A stretch of DNA of 64,000 nt from Cloacimonetes bacterium UBA4175 (GCA_002379855.1 DFUX01000036.1:4327-68326); one strand, 5' to 3'. Shown: positions 38,281 to 48,648, counted from the first letter of the stretch. Made by a program: numbers and translations. The notes: generated by a model from the letters alone, not told the origin.

Positions 38281-39843
38281 ATGAAATTCTTTCGCAGCCA
38301 TGTACTCGTTGGTATCAACGAGACCTCGATCATGGCGGGCGTGCAGGACTTCATCAAAGCCCTGCGCCTCGAGCTTGCCAAGCATAACTTGCAAGAAGAG
38401 ATAAATATATTGGAGACAGGCCCCCTCGGATTCTTCGGACGTGGGATCTGTCTCAGTGTGTATCCTGAAAACGTCAACTATCAGGACGTCAAGCTAGAAG
38501 ATGTCACGGAGCTGGTCTCCGAACACTTCCTGAAGGGACGTCCCCTAAAACGCCTGATGCTGGATGACGGCGGCAAGTTCAGCCCCAAGCTGAATTACTC
38601 CGACCGTATAGTCCTGCGCAATTCTGGCATCATCGATCCGGAAAACATAGACGAATATATCGGCGCCGGTGGCTATGAAGCCTGGGAAAAAGCCCTCACT
38701 CAGATGCAGCCAGCTGATATCTTGGCCGAGGTCAAGATATCAGGCTTACGCGGCCGTGGTGGAGCAGGCTTCCCGGCTGGAGTGAAATGGGGCTTCACTG
38801 CCCCCATTGACGCTCCCCAGAAGTATGTGGTGGTCAATGCCGACGAAGGTGAACCCGGTACTTTCAAAGACCGCCTGATCATGGAAGGCGACCCGCATCA
38901 ACTGCTGGAAGGCACCATGATCTGCGCCCGCGCGGTGGGAGCCACCAAAGCCTGGATATATATCCGCGGCGAATACAAGCTCTGCATTGACCGCCTTCAG
39001 AAAGCCATTGACCAGTGCCGCGAATATGGCATCCTGGGCAAGAACATCTTCGGAAGCGGTTTTGATCTGGATATCTTTATCAAGATCGGCGCCGGAGCTT
39101 ACGTTTGCGGAGAGGAAACGGCTCTCATTGAGTCCCTCGAAGGCAACCGCGGCAATCCCCGCTGGAAACCGCCCTTCCCTGGCGTGGAAGGCCTCTGGCA
39201 GTGCCCCACGGTGGTAAACAACGTGGAAACCCTGGCCAATGTGCCCTTCATCATCCAGAAAGGAGCCGAGGAGTTCATGAAGCACGGCACCCCGGAATGC
39301 ACCGGAACCAAGGTCTATACGATCCTGGGCGATGTTGCTTACCCAGGTCTCTGTGAAGTGGATATGGGAACCACTCTGCGTACCATCATCAACGATTATG
39401 CCGGCGGCATGAAAAAAGGCTTCCGCTTTAAAGCCGCTCTTGTGGGCGGCGCGGCTGGCGTGATCCTGCCGGACAAACTGCTGGACGTTAAGATGGACTT
39501 TTCCAGTCTCAACCAATACGCGGCTGTGCTCGGTTCCGGGGCCATACTGGTCATGAACGAGCATCAGAGTATTGTTGACATACTATGGTCCATCCTGCGC
39601 TTCTTCCGCCATGAATCCTGCGGAAAATGCGCCCCCTGCCGCAACGGCACGCAGCAGCTCTATCGTCTCATCTCCAAGATCAAGAAAGGTAAAGGCACAA
39701 TGGAGGACGTGGATCTCATGCTCACCATTGCCGAAACCATGCAGCAGACCAGTTTCTGCGCGCTGGGCCAATCTCCCATCATGGGCGTCCGCTCGGCCAT
39801 CGAGAACTTCAAAGATGAGTTCATTGCGATTACAAAAAAGTAA
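38281..39843 (+). CDS. hydB: NuoF-like flavin beta subunit, short non-bifurcating-type
   Basis: GRGGAGFP, DEGEPGTFKDR, GGAAG, ESCGKCAPCR; lacks the N-terminal cluster Cys and the C-terminal ferredoxin domain. Confidence 0.93.
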   Translation: MKFFRSHVLVGINETSIMAGVQDFIKALRLELAKHNLQEEINILETGPLGFFGRGICLSVYPENVNYQDVKLEDVTELVSEHFLKGRPLKRLMLDDGGKFSPKLNYSDRIVLRNSGIIDPENIDEYIGAGGYEAWEKALTQMQPADILAEVKISGLRGRGGAGFPAGVKWGFTAPIDAPQKYVVVNADEGEPGTFKDRLIMEGDPHQLLEGTMICARAVGATKAWIYIRGEYKLCIDRLQKAIDQCREYGILGKNIFGSGFDLDIFIKIGAGAYVCGEETALIESLEGNRGNPRWKPPFPGVEGLWQCPTVVNNVETLANVPFIIQKGAEEFMKHGTPECTGTKVYTILGDVAYPGLCEVDMGTTLRTIINDYAGGMKKGFRFKAALVGGAAGVILPDKLLDVKMDFSSLNQYAAVLGSGAILVMNEHQSIVDILWSILRFFRHESCGKCAPCRNGTQQLYRLISKIKKGKGTMEDVDLMLTIAETMQQTSFCALGQSPIMGVRSAIENFKDEFIAITKK

Positions 39844-39860
39844 ATAAAGAGGATTAGAAC

Positions 39861-41642
39861 ATGGCTAAAACAGTAAATATCTGGATCGATGACAAGCATC
39901 TGGAAGTCCCTGATACGATGACCATCATCGAAGCCGCAGACAAACACGGGATCTATATCCCCCGCCTCTGCTACCATCCCGACCTCCCGCCAACTGCCAA
40001 TTGCGGTGTCTGCGTGGTGGAACTGTCAAGCGCCCCCGTCCCCAAGCGCGCCTGCTGCACCCCGGTGGCCGAAGGCATGAAGGTGGTCACCAATAGCAAG
40101 AAACTGCGCGCCTACCGCAAAACCCTGGTGGAGATGATCCTCTCCAACCATGATGTGGTATGCCCCACCTGCGCGGCAAACAACAAATGCGAACTGCAGT
40201 CCCTGGCCAACAACCTGGGTGTGGAACCCGATAACCTGCCCAGCATTCTGCACAAAGAGGCGGTTGACGATAGCTCGCTATCCATTATCCGCGACGTTAA
40301 CAAATGTATCGCCTGCGGACGCTGCGTCACGGTTTGCAACGAAGTCCAGACCGTCTATGCCCTCACCTTCGCGGATCGCGGCATAGACTCTCATGTGGAT
40401 ACCGCCTTTAGCCTGGGCATGGCTAACAGCCCCTGCGTAAATTGCGGCCAATGCACAGTCTATTGTCCCACCGGCGCTTTGCGTGAGCGCAGCGAAATCG
40501 ACGCGGTCTGGGAAGCGATACTTGATCCTGAAAAGCACGTTATCGTGCAGGAAGCCCCTTCCATCAGGGTATCCCTGGGCGAAGAGTTTGGCATGCCCTT
40601 TGGATCGGTTACCCCTAACAAGATGTATGCCGCGCTGCGTAAGATTGGCTTCGACAGCGTGATGGACACCAACTTCACTGCCGACCTCACCATCATGGAG
40701 GAAGGAACGGAGTGTGTTGCCAAGCTGAAGGCTGGCGAAAAACGCCCGCTCATCACCTCCTGCTCACCCGGCTGGATCAAGTTCATGGAAACCTACTATC
40801 CCGACCTCGCGGATTGCGTCTCCACGGCCAAATCGCCCATGAGCATGTTTGGCACCCTTTCCAAGACCTATTATGCTCAGGAAAACAACATCGATCCCGC
40901 CAAGATCGTGTCCGTAGCGGTTATGCCCTGCACGGCCAAGAAATTTGAAGCCCGCCGTCCAGAAATGCGTGACTCCGGATTTCAGGATACCGACTATGTG
41001 CTTACCACCCGCGAGCTTATCCGCATGATCAAGGAAGCCGGAATCGATTTCGCCAACATCCCGGATGAGGAACCCGATAAAGGCATGAGCTTCTACACCG
41101 GAGCCGGAACCATCTTCGGCGCCACCGGTGGTGTGATGGAAGCCGCCATCCGCTCTGCTTACTTTCTGGTCACCGAGACCGATCTCGAAGACGTGGAAAT
41201 CCTGGCAGTGCGCGGTCTTGAAGGTGTCAAGGAAGCCACGGTCAACGTTCCCGGCTTCGGCGATTTGCGCGTGGCGGTGGCACACGGACTCTCCAACGCC
41301 CGCAAAGTTATGGATCGGGTGCGCGAAGGCCTGGCTACCAAAGGCGAATCTCCCTGGCATTTCATCGAGATTATGGCTTGCCCCGGTGGTTGCGTAGGTG
41401 GCGGCGGACAGCCTTATGGCAACGATATTGCGTCCCGCGCCAGGCGCGGACAGGCTCTCTATGCCGAGGACCGCAGCCTGCCGGTGCGCCTGTCCCATCA
41501 CAATCCCGAAGTAAAGAAGGTCTATGAGCGCTTCTTGGGCGAACCCAACTCCAAACTGGCTCTCAAGTTGCTGCATACCCATTACTTCAAACGCTCGGTC
41601 AGCACCGGACAGGTTACCGGTGAAGCCACTCATAAACACTAA
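39861..41642 (+). CDS. hydA: Group A [FeFe]-hydrogenase catalytic subunit
   Basis: N-terminal 2Fe-2S, His-ligated 4Fe-4S and 2x4Fe-4S; TSCSPGW, MPCTAKKFE, EIMACPGGCVGGGGQP, LLHTHY. Confidence 0.97.
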   Translation: MAKTVNIWIDDKHLEVPDTMTIIEAADKHGIYIPRLCYHPDLPPTANCGVCVVELSSAPVPKRACCTPVAEGMKVVTNSKKLRAYRKTLVEMILSNHDVVCPTCAANNKCELQSLANNLGVEPDNLPSILHKEAVDDSSLSIIRDVNKCIACGRCVTVCNEVQTVYALTFADRGIDSHVDTAFSLGMANSPCVNCGQCTVYCPTGALRERSEIDAVWEAILDPEKHVIVQEAPSIRVSLGEEFGMPFGSVTPNKMYAALRKIGFDSVMDTNFTADLTIMEEGTECVAKLKAGEKRPLITSCSPGWIKFMETYYPDLADCVSTAKSPMSMFGTLSKTYYAQENNIDPAKIVSVAVMPCTAKKFEARRPEMRDSGFQDTDYVLTTRELIRMIKEAGIDFANIPDEEPDKGMSFYTGAGTIFGATGGVMEAAIRSAYFLVTETDLEDVEILAVRGLEGVKEATVNVPGFGDLRVAVAHGLSNARKVMDRVREGLATKGESPWHFIEIMACPGGCVGGGGQPYGNDIASRARRGQALYAEDRSLPVRLSHHNPEVKKVYERFLGEPNSKLALKLLHTHYFKRSVSTGQVTGEATHKH

Positions 41643-41660
41643 AAAATGATAAAGTAGCAA

Positions 41661-41686
41661 AAAGGCGGGATCAAGGTCCCGCCTTT
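41661..41686 (+). terminator. Rho-independent terminator of hydrogenase operon (possibly bidirectional)
   Basis: AAAGGCGGGA-TCAAGG-TCCCGCCTTT perfect 10-bp stem. Confidence 0.75.
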
Positions 41687-41782
41687 ATCGCTGTAACTCA
41701 TTATGGATATGGCTGATCACTGATGTCAGATAGTTCACGTTATCACATAATATGTGGTACCATATCCAAATTCCTTCACACC

Positions 41783-41892
41783 GCCCGCCCTTGCTGCTCC
41801 TGGCTTTGGCGCCATCATCCTTAGGTATTCCCTCACCAGGTTAAGGATGACCCACGCTTGTGTCACGCTTGAGGCTGATTTGCATATGAGAC
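41783..41892. repeat. Palindromic intergenic element, copy 4 (degenerate)
   Basis: CTGGCTTTGGCGCCATCATCCTTAGGT nearly identical to the copy 2 left half; TAAGGATGACCC right arm; right boundary approximate. Confidence 0.7.
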
Positions 41893-41920
41893 TGATGGCG
41901 GGGCAGATCGTTAATGCCAT

Positions 41921-41949
41921 TTGACAAAAAAGGACGGGGGAAATAGTTT
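41921..41949 (+). promoter_or_regulatory. Putative sigma70 promoter of hutH
   Basis: TTGACA-17 nt-TAGTTT. Confidence 0.6.
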
Positions 41950-42017
41950 GCGCCAAACAATCTGCCGCTTGCTTTGGCGTTAACAGGTCAGATTTGCGGC
42001 ATCAACCGAGGATTTTA

Positions 42018-43547
42018 ATGCAAACAATAATGATCGATGGAAATAGTCTGGATCTGTGGCAAGTGGAGGCCATCGCAGTGGATCGGGTTCCCATCGCGCT
42101 CAGCGATGAGTGTGTGGGCAAGGTGAAAAAATGCCGCGCTTATGTGGATAAAGTGATCCAGCGGGGAGATATTGTGTATGGGCTCACCACCGGTTTTGGC
42201 AAGTTCAGCACGGTAACCATTCCCCCGGAACATATAGCCGAACTGCAGGTCAATCTGATCCGCAGCCACGCGACCAGCATCGGCCCGGCTTACACCCGCG
42301 AGCAGACCCGGGCGATCATGCTGCTCCGCGTCAATGTTTTGGCCAAAGGGCATTCCGGCATCCGCCTGGAAACACTGCAAACCCTGGTGGATATGTTGAA
42401 CGCCGGCGTGCATCCGGTGATTCCGATGCGGGGATCGGTTGGCGCCAGTGGAGACCTTTCGCCCCTTTCCCACCTGGCCTTGCCTCTGCTCGGCGAAGGC
42501 GAAGCTGAGTATCAGGATCAGGTGCTTTCCGGCGCGGAAGCCATGCGCAGGGCGGGCATAAAGCCAGTTCAGTTGCAGGCCAAAGAGGGTCTGGCGCTCA
42601 ACAATGGCACCCAGGTGATGGCGGCTTTGGGAGTATTGAGCCTGCTGGAAGCGGAACGGCTTTGCCAACAGGCGGACATCAACGCGGCTTGCAGCATCGA
42701 CGCCCTGAAAGGAACGCCCCGCGCTTTCGACGAACTGATCCATAACCTGCGGCCTCATCCGGGGCAGCGGTCGAGCGCGGCGAATCTGCGTAATCTGCTG
42801 CAAGGCAGCAAACTGAGGGAATCGCATCTGAATTGCGGCAACGTGCAGGATGCCTACAGCCTGCGTTGCACGCCGCAGGTGCATGGCGCGGTGAGAGACG
42901 CGCTGTCTTATGCGCGGGGGGTGCTGGAGATCGAGATAAACTCCGCCACGGACAACCCTCTGATCTTTCCGGATGAGGAAAAGGTGATTTCCGGGGGAAA
43001 CTTCCACGGCGAGCCTCTGGCCATCGCTTTGGATGCCATGGCCATTGCCATCGCTGAACTGGCAAATATCTCGGAACGCAGGATGGAGCAACTGCTGAAT
43101 CCCGCTCTCAACCGGGGCTTGTCCGCGTTCCTGGCAAAAAGGCCGGGAGTCGATTCCGGCTTCATGATCGCCCAGCTTACGGCGGCGTCGCTGGTTTCCG
43201 AAAACAAGGTGCTCACCCATCCCGCCAGCGTGGACAGCATTCCCACCTCCGCCAATCAGGAGGATCATGTGAGCATGGGCTCGGTCTCCGCGAACAAATT
43301 GCTGCAGGTGCTTGACAATGTGAGGGGAGTGCTGGCCATCGAACTGATGGCTGCCATGCAAGGGCTGGACGAACGTGCTGTTCCCAGTTCACCCTGCCTG
43401 GAAGCCGCGAAGGCCAAATTCCGCGAGAGCGTTCCTTCCCTGGGCGAAGACAGGGTCATGTATCCCCTTGTGAGGAATGCCATCGCTGTGCTCAGTTCCC
43501 ACAGTCTGCTGCAAGCGGTAAAATCTGCCGGTGTGGATTTGTATTGA
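42018..43547 (+). CDS. hutH: Histidine ammonia-lyase
   Basis: YGLTTGFG, GSVGASGDL (MIO), QDAYSLRC, GGNFHG, QEDHVSMG; ATG 42018 after GAGG. Confidence 0.97.
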   Translation: MQTIMIDGNSLDLWQVEAIAVDRVPIALSDECVGKVKKCRAYVDKVIQRGDIVYGLTTGFGKFSTVTIPPEHIAELQVNLIRSHATSIGPAYTREQTRAIMLLRVNVLAKGHSGIRLETLQTLVDMLNAGVHPVIPMRGSVGASGDLSPLSHLALPLLGEGEAEYQDQVLSGAEAMRRAGIKPVQLQAKEGLALNNGTQVMAALGVLSLLEAERLCQQADINAACSIDALKGTPRAFDELIHNLRPHPGQRSSAANLRNLLQGSKLRESHLNCGNVQDAYSLRCTPQVHGAVRDALSYARGVLEIEINSATDNPLIFPDEEKVISGGNFHGEPLAIALDAMAIAIAELANISERRMEQLLNPALNRGLSAFLAKRPGVDSGFMIAQLTAASLVSENKVLTHPASVDSIPTSANQEDHVSMGSVSANKLLQVLDNVRGVLAIELMAAMQGLDERAVPSSPCLEAAKAKFRESVPSLGEDRVMYPLVRNAIAVLSSHSLLQAVKSAGVDLY

Positions 43548-43578
43548 CAGAATCTTTTGCCCCGGGCGTCATGGTAAT

Positions 43579-45939
43579 ATGAGAAAATACCGTCTGCTGC
43601 TCTGTTGTGTCCTGCTGCTTGGTTTTTCCTGCGGCTTGAACAACACGATGTACAACGCCAGGAAATACTTCAACGACGCCAAGTCCAGGCCCTTGACCGC
43701 CAATGGACGCCCCTCTTCGCAGGCTGTGGATGAATATACCAAGGCCATAAAAAAATGCGGCATCATCCTCAGCAGCAAAAAGAGGAACGCCAAGACCGAC
43801 GACGCCCTCTATCTGATGGCGCAAGCCCTCTATCTGAAGGGCAACAGCGCGTTTCAGGCCAAAGACCAGTTTGAGGCGCTGATCGCGGGTTTCCCGGACA
43901 GCCCTTTCTATGGGGAGTCGCACATCTGGCTGGCCAGGGTGTTGAGGGAGATCAATCAGCCTGAACAGGCGGAGGATCTGCTGGAGGATTTCATCCGTGA
44001 TCCGCTGCAGAAGAAGCTACATCCCAAGGCCTTGCTGACCCTGGCGGATTTTGAGATCAAAGACAAGGATTATCACAGAGCGCAGTATTGGCTGGAAAAG
44101 ATCATCACCGACTATCCCAAGAGCAGGGAATACCGCGAGGCGCATTTCCTCTTTGGCAAAAACTACTATGACCAGCAGGAGTATCCTGCTTCCCTGCAAG
44201 AGTTTGAAAAGATCATAGATTCCCGGAACATTAGCAAGGAAATGAAGCTGGATGCCAAGTATTACGCTGCCCTGAACCTGTATGAACTGAAGCGGTACGA
44301 CGAGGGTTTGAAGCTGGTGCGCAAACTGCTCAAAGACGAATACCGTCCGGAAAGCATTTCCCAGGCGAGTGTTCTGCGCGTTAGGTTGCTTTTCGCCACA
44401 GGCCAGGATGAGGAGGCCCTGAAGCTGGCGGAGAACGTCAGCAAAGACTATCCCCGCACGGCAAGTTCCGCGGCTAACCAATACTTTCTGGGAGAATACT
44501 ATTTTTACCGGTTGGGTGACCTCGAAAAGGCTGGCGTGGCTTACAACAAAGTCCGCTCCGAGCTGGTGGGCTCTCCCTATTCAGAGATTTCCCAGCGCAA
44601 GAATACGGCTGTCAACCAGCTCAAGCAAGGCAGCGGGGTGAACCCCCGGGCTGGCCTGCAGGAGTATCTGGACTATCATTTGGCGGCAGCCGAGAACTAT
44701 CTTAGCCCCTTCGATCTGCCTGATTCCGCTCTGATGCTGTATCAGCGGCTTATCGATTCACAAGCGGGCATCCAGGCTGAACACGACTCTCTCTTCCTGC
44801 TGTTGCCGGGCTTGGAGGCTGAACTGGATTCGCTGTCGCTGGTGCTTTCCGAACTTGCCCTGCAAGACAGTCTGGATGCGGTGAAAGCGGGTGAACAGCC
44901 AAAGCCGGAAACCACTCTGGCGGCAGACAGCCTGGTTGTCGCGGACAGTCTTTTCACGCGGCTTGATGCAGAACAAGCCGCCGATTCCACCGCGGTGGCA
45001 AGCGAGCCAGACAAGCAGGAACTGGAAGTCCTGGAACCGGATATTCCACCTGCCGATTCTTTGGCCGCTGGTCTGGAGGGGAGCCAGGAGCCCAAACCAG
45101 AGTCTGCGGCTGAGCGCAGAAGAAAACTGGAAGCTGAAAAAGCTGCCCTTCAAACCCGGATAAACCAATGCGGAACCAGGCTGGAAGATTTGGCCGAGAT
45201 GCTGAGGCGTTACTCTGCGGAGATAATTCCCATGGCGATGTTTTCCAAAGCCAGCATCCATAACCGGCGGGGTGGCCAGCAGGAAAGGGTGCAGGAGATA
45301 TACGCAGGCATGGAGGAGCAGTATCCGCGCAGCAAGTACACCAACGCCCTCGCTTCCATGCTGCGGGGCGAGCCTGCCCGCCTGATCGATCCCGAGGAAG
45401 ACGCCGAAGAGAAAGCGCTGGATCACGCCCTTGGACTGTCCGAAGCGGCGCCGGATTCCATGGTGGCAATACTTGGCGGGCTAACGGAATCGCAGTATCA
45501 CAGCGTCAAGCTGAGAGCGAATTTCCGCCTGGGCTGGCATTATACATTTGCAGCGGGGGACACAGCCCGGGCCAGACCCTATTTGGAAGAAGTGCTCAAG
45601 CTGGAACAGAGCGGCGACTATGCCAGCCTGACACGCAGATTCTTTAATGGCAAAGACTTTTCCCTGAACCAGGACTTGTTGGAAAGATGGCAGGCTGCCG
45701 CGAAGTCATCTGCTGCTGCCGACACCCTCGCCGCGGTTGACGATTCGCTGAAGGCGCAGGAAGAAGAAAAAGGTTCGGCAGACCAGAACCCGGAATTGAT
45801 TCAGGATCAATCCGCGCAGGACGGGGGCAAGGCTCCCGCCGTTGATGACGATATCCCCACGGAAACGCCTGAAGAACCAATCACTGTGCCTGAGCCTGTG
45901 GAAGCTCCCTCCGACAAGCAAACCGAGCCGCAAGAATAA
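43579..45939 (+). CDS. TPR lipoprotein (SprE/PorW-like N-terminus) with acidic linkers
   Basis: Lipobox-like LLLGFSC, NTMYNARKYF, AIKKC, DDALYLMA, multiple TPRs. Confidence 0.75.
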   Translation: MRKYRLLLCCVLLLGFSCGLNNTMYNARKYFNDAKSRPLTANGRPSSQAVDEYTKAIKKCGIILSSKKRNAKTDDALYLMAQALYLKGNSAFQAKDQFEALIAGFPDSPFYGESHIWLARVLREINQPEQAEDLLEDFIRDPLQKKLHPKALLTLADFEIKDKDYHRAQYWLEKIITDYPKSREYREAHFLFGKNYYDQQEYPASLQEFEKIIDSRNISKEMKLDAKYYAALNLYELKRYDEGLKLVRKLLKDEYRPESISQASVLRVRLLFATGQDEEALKLAENVSKDYPRTASSAANQYFLGEYYFYRLGDLEKAGVAYNKVRSELVGSPYSEISQRKNTAVNQLKQGSGVNPRAGLQEYLDYHLAAAENYLSPFDLPDSALMLYQRLIDSQAGIQAEHDSLFLLLPGLEAELDSLSLVLSELALQDSLDAVKAGEQPKPETTLAADSLVVADSLFTRLDAEQAADSTAVASEPDKQELEVLEPDIPPADSLAAGLEGSQEPKPESAAERRRKLEAEKAALQTRINQCGTRLEDLAEMLRRYSAEIIPMAMFSKASIHNRRGGQQERVQEIYAGMEEQYPRSKYTNALASMLRGEPARLIDPEEDAEEKALDHALGLSEAAPDSMVAILGGLTESQYHSVKLRANFRLGWHYTFAAGDTARARPYLEEVLKLEQSGDYASLTRRFFNGKDFSLNQDLLERWQAAAKSSAAADTLAAVDDSLKAQEEEKGSADQNPELIQDQSAQDGGKAPAVDDDIPTETPEEPITVPEPVEAPSDKQTEPQE

Positions 45940-46581
45940 ATGAACGAAACCAGATCACTGTTGAGTGAGCAGAACTTCTGGTTGCGGATTGTAATCCTGA
46001 TCCTTTCTCTGATGGGGGCATTGGAGGCATCCCTCAAGCAGATTATGGGACTTACTGTCCTGTTTCTCCTGTTTCTGCTGCTGGATCTTGAATGTTATGC
46101 CAAAATCTTGAAAGCCCTGCGCATCAGCCTGCCTTTCCTAGCTGGTTACTGGGTCTTTGCCACTCTCTTTGGCACAGGTTTTTTGGAGATGCTGCTGTTC
46201 ACGGCAAAGATAGTGTTCTTCATCGTGGTCACCGTGTATGTTTTTGGAAATCTTTCCCTGCGCAGAGTCCTGCACGATACCCGTTGTCTGCGTAAAACTG
46301 GCTGGGGCAGCCGCCTGGTGCATTTCAGCCTGGCCACAGCCTTGTTTCTGAGGGCTTACCTGCATCGGTTTGCCGCCTCGGGAATCCGTTCCGCCGACAA
46401 CATCGGCAATGTGTTCGACAGGTTGGTCGCGGTCGGTAAAGAGGTTGCGGGCAATTCGGATGTGATCGAGGCTCAGATCAGGAAAATCCATAGTGGCAGT
46501 GATGAAATCGCCCAGGTCTCCGGATCCAATCTGATCGCCTTGTGCCTGCTTTGCTGCATGATCCTGATCCTGTCTTTGTGA
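45940..46581 (+). CDS. Integral membrane protein, EcfT/CbiQ-like
   Basis: Several hydrophobic helices; immediately upstream of truA, a common ecfT position. Confidence 0.5.
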   Translation: MNETRSLLSEQNFWLRIVILILSLMGALEASLKQIMGLTVLFLLFLLLDLECYAKILKALRISLPFLAGYWVFATLFGTGFLEMLLFTAKIVFFIVVTVYVFGNLSLRRVLHDTRCLRKTGWGSRLVHFSLATALFLRAYLHRFAASGIRSADNIGNVFDRLVAVGKEVAGNSDVIEAQIRKIHSGSDEIAQVSGSNLIALCLLCCMILILSL

Positions 46582-46588
46582 AAAATTA

Positions 46589-47356
46589 ATGGCCAGATAT
46601 CTGCTGCGGGTGATGTATGACGGCCTGGCTTTCCGAGGCTGGCAGGTGCAATGCGCGGGCAGAAGCATCCAGGGAGACCTGATCTCGGCTTTCAGACAGT
46701 TGGGGGTCAGGCATCCGGGCCTGACCGGTTCCGGCCGCACAGACGCGGGAGTGCATGCCCTGGCGCACTACGCGCACTTTGACTATCAAGGCAAGATGAC
46801 GCCCCTGCAATTGCAACTGGCATTGAATACCAAGCTGCGGGACGATCTGCTGGTTACCGGCGTCTGGCCTGTGCCGCAGGATTTCCACGCCCGCTACAGT
46901 GCCATGGCGCGCAGCTACATCTATCTGCTGGCCAGGGAGAAAACACCCCTGAACAGGCTTTTTACCGGTTTCATGCCGCGCAGCAAATTCAGCCTGGAAT
47001 CTTTGCAAACACTCGCGGAGCACTTGTTGGGGAGTCACGATTTCAGCTCACTGAGCAGGGACAATCCATTGGTGCCAAACCACATCTGCACACTCTCCAA
47101 ACTGGATATTTACGAGTGGAGGGATTTGGTTCGCTTCGACATCACTGCGGACAGGTTTCTGCACAACATGGTCAGAAGGATTGTGGGCACCCTGGTGAAT
47201 CTTTCCCATTTTGACCTTGGCCCTCAGGAACTGCTGAATATCCTGGCAGAAAAGAATCCCAGGCAGCGCCTGGTGGTGACCGCCCCAGCCCAGGGCCTGT
47301 ACCTGAGCGGGGTGCGGTATCCCAATTTGCAACTTGACGAAACACCTTTGCCCTGA
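46589..47356 (+). CDS. truA: tRNA pseudouridine(38-40) synthase
   Basis: YDGLAFRGWQ, SGRTDAGVHA, FHARYSA, FLHNMVR, APAQGLYL. Confidence 0.97.
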   Translation: MARYLLRVMYDGLAFRGWQVQCAGRSIQGDLISAFRQLGVRHPGLTGSGRTDAGVHALAHYAHFDYQGKMTPLQLQLALNTKLRDDLLVTGVWPVPQDFHARYSAMARSYIYLLAREKTPLNRLFTGFMPRSKFSLESLQTLAEHLLGSHDFSSLSRDNPLVPNHICTLSKLDIYEWRDLVRFDITADRFLHNMVRRIVGTLVNLSHFDLGPQELLNILAEKNPRQRLVVTAPAQGLYLSGVRYPNLQLDETPLP

Positions 47357-47382
47357 GACATGGCATTGCATGAGGTTTTGAT

Positions 47383-48648
47383 ATGAACTACAAGATTCCG
47401 CGCGGGACTTACGATATCCTGCCTTCCCAGAGCCACGACTGGCACAAGATCATCTCAGCGTTTCGCCAACTGGCTGCGGCCTGCGGCTATGAGGAGATCA
47501 CCACTCCGGTCTTTGAACAGGCCCAGCTCTTTGAAAGAAGCTCCGGAGAGACTTCGGATGTGGTGAAAAAGGAAATGTACCGCTTTACAGACCAAAAAGG
47601 GCGCGAGTTTGCCCTCCGCCCGGAGGGAACCGCCCCGGTGGCGCGCAGCTATCTGGAAAACCGGCTGGACATCGGCGCAGCCCACTCCAAGCTCTATTAC
47701 GTTGGCCCGATGTTCCGCTACGACCGTCCCCAGGCGGGACGCTACCGTCAATTTTACCAATATGGCATCGAATTCATAGGCAGCGACCATCCCTATTTTG
47801 ACGCGGAAGTGATCTCCATCCTGTGGAACTACCTGTCTGTCCTGGGCATCAAAAGGATGCGCCTGGAACTGAACAGCGTGGGATGCCCGGAGTGTTCAAA
47901 GGCCTACGACCAGGCTTTGCAGGATTACTTTAGACCTCATCTGAACGAACTCTGCCCGGATTGCCAGATTCGCCACAGCCAAAAACCGCGCCGGCTCTTG
48001 GATTGCAAGGTGAAGACTTGCAAGCAGATTGCCCAGGGCGCGCCCTCGCAACTTGACTATCTGGATGAGCCCTGCAAGGTGCATTTTGCCTCTGTGCAGG
48101 ACTACCTGGCTCGGATGAACATTCCCTTTGTGATCAACCCCAGGATCGTGCGGGGTTTGGATTATTACACCAACACCGCTTTTGAAGTGATATATGAAGG
48201 ATTGGGCGCCCAAAACTCCCTGGCGGGCGGAGGACGCTACAATGGCCTCCTGGAACAGATTGGCGGCAAGAACATCCCGGCCATTGGTTTCGCGGGAGGA
48301 TTCGAACGCCTGTTGCTGGCCTTGCGCGAAGAGCAGATTGACCTGGGTGCCAGACCTGTTGCGGACGCCTATCTCATCACCATGGGGCCTGCGGCTCAGC
48401 AACTGGCATTGCCTCTGCTCAGCCAGCTCCGCCTGGGCGGCATCTGGGTGGAATACGATCCCACCAAGAATTCGTTCAAAGCCCAGTTGAAGGCGGCCAA
48501 CAACTGCCAGGCGCGCTTCGCGCTGATCATCGGCGAAGACGAGGCTGCGGCAGGCAAAGCGTTGCTCAAAGACCTGCAGAGCGGAGAACAACGCCTGCTG
48601 GAATTGGACGCGGCCAATCAGTTCATCGAGGCCTTCAAACGCAACTGA
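47383..48648 (+). CDS. hisS: Histidine--tRNA ligase
   Basis: PRGTYD, LRPEGTA, FRYDRPQAGRYRQF, RGLDYY, GGGRY. Confidence 0.98.
   Translation: MNYKIPRGTYDILPSQSHDWHKIISAFRQLAAACGYEEITTPVFEQAQLFERSSGETSDVVKKEMYRFTDQKGREFALRPEGTAPVARSYLENRLDIGAAHSKLYYVGPMFRYDRPQAGRYRQFYQYGIEFIGSDHPYFDAEVISILWNYLSVLGIKRMRLELNSVGCPECSKAYDQALQDYFRPHLNELCPDCQIRHSQKPRRLLDCKVKTCKQIAQGAPSQLDYLDEPCKVHFASVQDYLARMNIPFVINPRIVRGLDYYTNTAFEVIYEGLGAQNSLAGGGRYNGLLEQIGGKNIPAIGFAGGFERLLLALREEQIDLGARPVADAYLITMGPAAQQLALPLLSQLRLGGIWVEYDPTKNSFKAQLKAANNCQARFALIIGEDEAAAGKALLKDLQSGEQRLLELDAANQFIEAFKRN

Noticed and set aside
40750..40780. HydA TSCSPGW as an inactivating change from TSCCP
   Set aside because: This variant is common in group A NAD-linked hydrogenases and the other H-cluster motifs are intact
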